A DNA stretch of 63,987 nt, counting the filler, from Dirinaria sp. TL-2023a (Eukaryota), in the NCBI GenBank assembly GCA_051941275.1. It is 5 parts of 5 records of this genome, joined end to end, with 100 filler letters (N's around TTAATTAATTAA, not from the genome) between each part and the next. Parts side by side here need not be neighbours in the genome. Positions count along the whole stretch, not along the records: positions 51,313 to 63,987 come from JAVEBF010000748.1; 4 more parts are not named here. The stretch is one strand, 5' to 3'. Position 1 is the first letter of the stretch. Each line of letters starts with the position of its first letter. Below are positions 63,185 through 63,987 of the stretch, piece after piece. The notes under the pieces are model-generated. The model saw only the letters and a program-made list of their open reading frames with translations. It searched no databases and was not told the DNA's origin. The translations under genes were made by a program, and so were the position numbers.

Positions 63185-63987
63185 AGTACTCTGCTAATGT
63201 AGCTCGAGGATCATCAAGCTCATCCAACCGGCTGCGGCAAGCGCTTGATTTGACTTCAATCTCATCAATCAAGCTGAGTAGCTTCGCAGCGATTTGCTCA
63301 AATAGGATCTTGCTGAGTCTGCTGCGTAATTTGTTAACGTCTAGAAGCGACCGAGACATGTCTTCTCATATCCCTTGAGAAAAGAATTCCTTTTTCTTAA
63401 CATCGCGATCCGTCAATGACCACTCTCCTGTTTCGGAGTTCATGTTTTTCAATACGTGCCACTCAAGACGGAACTCCACATTCTGATTTCCTGCGAGAGA
63501 CACGTACATGACTTCACTCTCGAAGCCTGCAAGCAAAGTATCAGATTTCGTAATGACACTCAGCGTTCGATTACTCTTCTTATTCGCTGCACGAGCGAGC
63601 TTCAACACGATTTGATTTGCATAATCGTTCTTCGCCGAGATCATCGTCAGAATGATACTTCTCGATTTCTTCATGTAGAATGAAACGACGTCTTGTACGA
63701 GCTCGACATCGAAAGCAGACTGCTGTTTCGTTTCAGAATGAATGAGTTCAGGTAAATCTACAATTGTCAAGTGAGATCGATCAGAATTCGAGATCTCAAC
63801 TCGAAGAAGATCTTTCGAGAAAGCTTTGTCATGAACTGAGATTCTCATAGTCGCTTTTGCTTTCTCAATCAGATCTGAGAGCTCTTCGAAGCTTTTTAGC
63901 TGTTCGTGAAAGCTGCTAAGAGTAAATCGTTCGATTTCAGTGCGAGCTTGATGCGAGACAATCGACACGTTTACACTCATTTGCGAC
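63185..63987 (-). pseudogene. Mx-like dynamin-family GTPase, inactivated by transitions; 5' part outside the window
   Basis: FSKDLLRVEISNSDRSHLTIVDLPELIH (consensus GPDRPHLTIVDLPGLIH), SAKNDYANQIV, RTLSVITKSD (consensus TLGVITKPD), LEWHVLKN. TGA replaces Trp at 63366-63368. Homology continues to ~63185 and then breaks off. Confidence 0.88.

Noticed and set aside
1..63987. tRNA, rRNA, snoRNA or CRISPR arrays
   Set aside because: I found no cloverleaf, rRNA-like sequence, convincing C/D box pair or repeat-spacer array by eye. A tRNAscan/Infernal run would be needed to exclude small RNAs.

Overview
Eukaryotic DNA from a filamentous ascomycete (Pezizomycotina), judged by short GT-AG introns with CTRAC/GCTAAC branch sites and by Aspergillus-like housekeeping genes. 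The window is not one locus. It holds five contigs of about 12.7 kb, joined by artificial 100-nt N spacers carrying TTAATTAATTAA and apparently ordered by decreasing length, so adjacency across the gaps means nothing. Contig 1: a non-RD kinase-Sel1-ankyrin gene with a 1-nt frameshift, BUD23, and an RRM+YTH gene. Contig 2: a C2H2 transcription factor, palB head-to-head with ANT1, and RPL29. Contig 3: a hypermutated relic, a small secreted protein, NPP1 and KHA1. Contig 4: SSC1, GVP36, ARV1, two F-box-like paralogues and a decayed secreted-protein gene. Contig 5: a copia 3' relic with its LTR, an intact ~3094-aa DUF6606/DUF3638/DUF3645 gene, and a dead Mx-like dynamin. Two observations stand out. 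First, the repeat relics carry a RIP-like hypermutation that targets the 5' C of CpC rather than CpA: Trp codons become TGA, Pro becomes Ser, Gly becomes Asp/Glu, CC/GG is nearly absent, and most survivors are CCG. Second, the giant DUF3638 protein carries an ordered set of SecA-like SF2 ATPase motifs and sits intact between two mutated relics, one of them an Mx-like GTPase, so it is a candidate fungal defence island. All calls are by eye and no searches were run.
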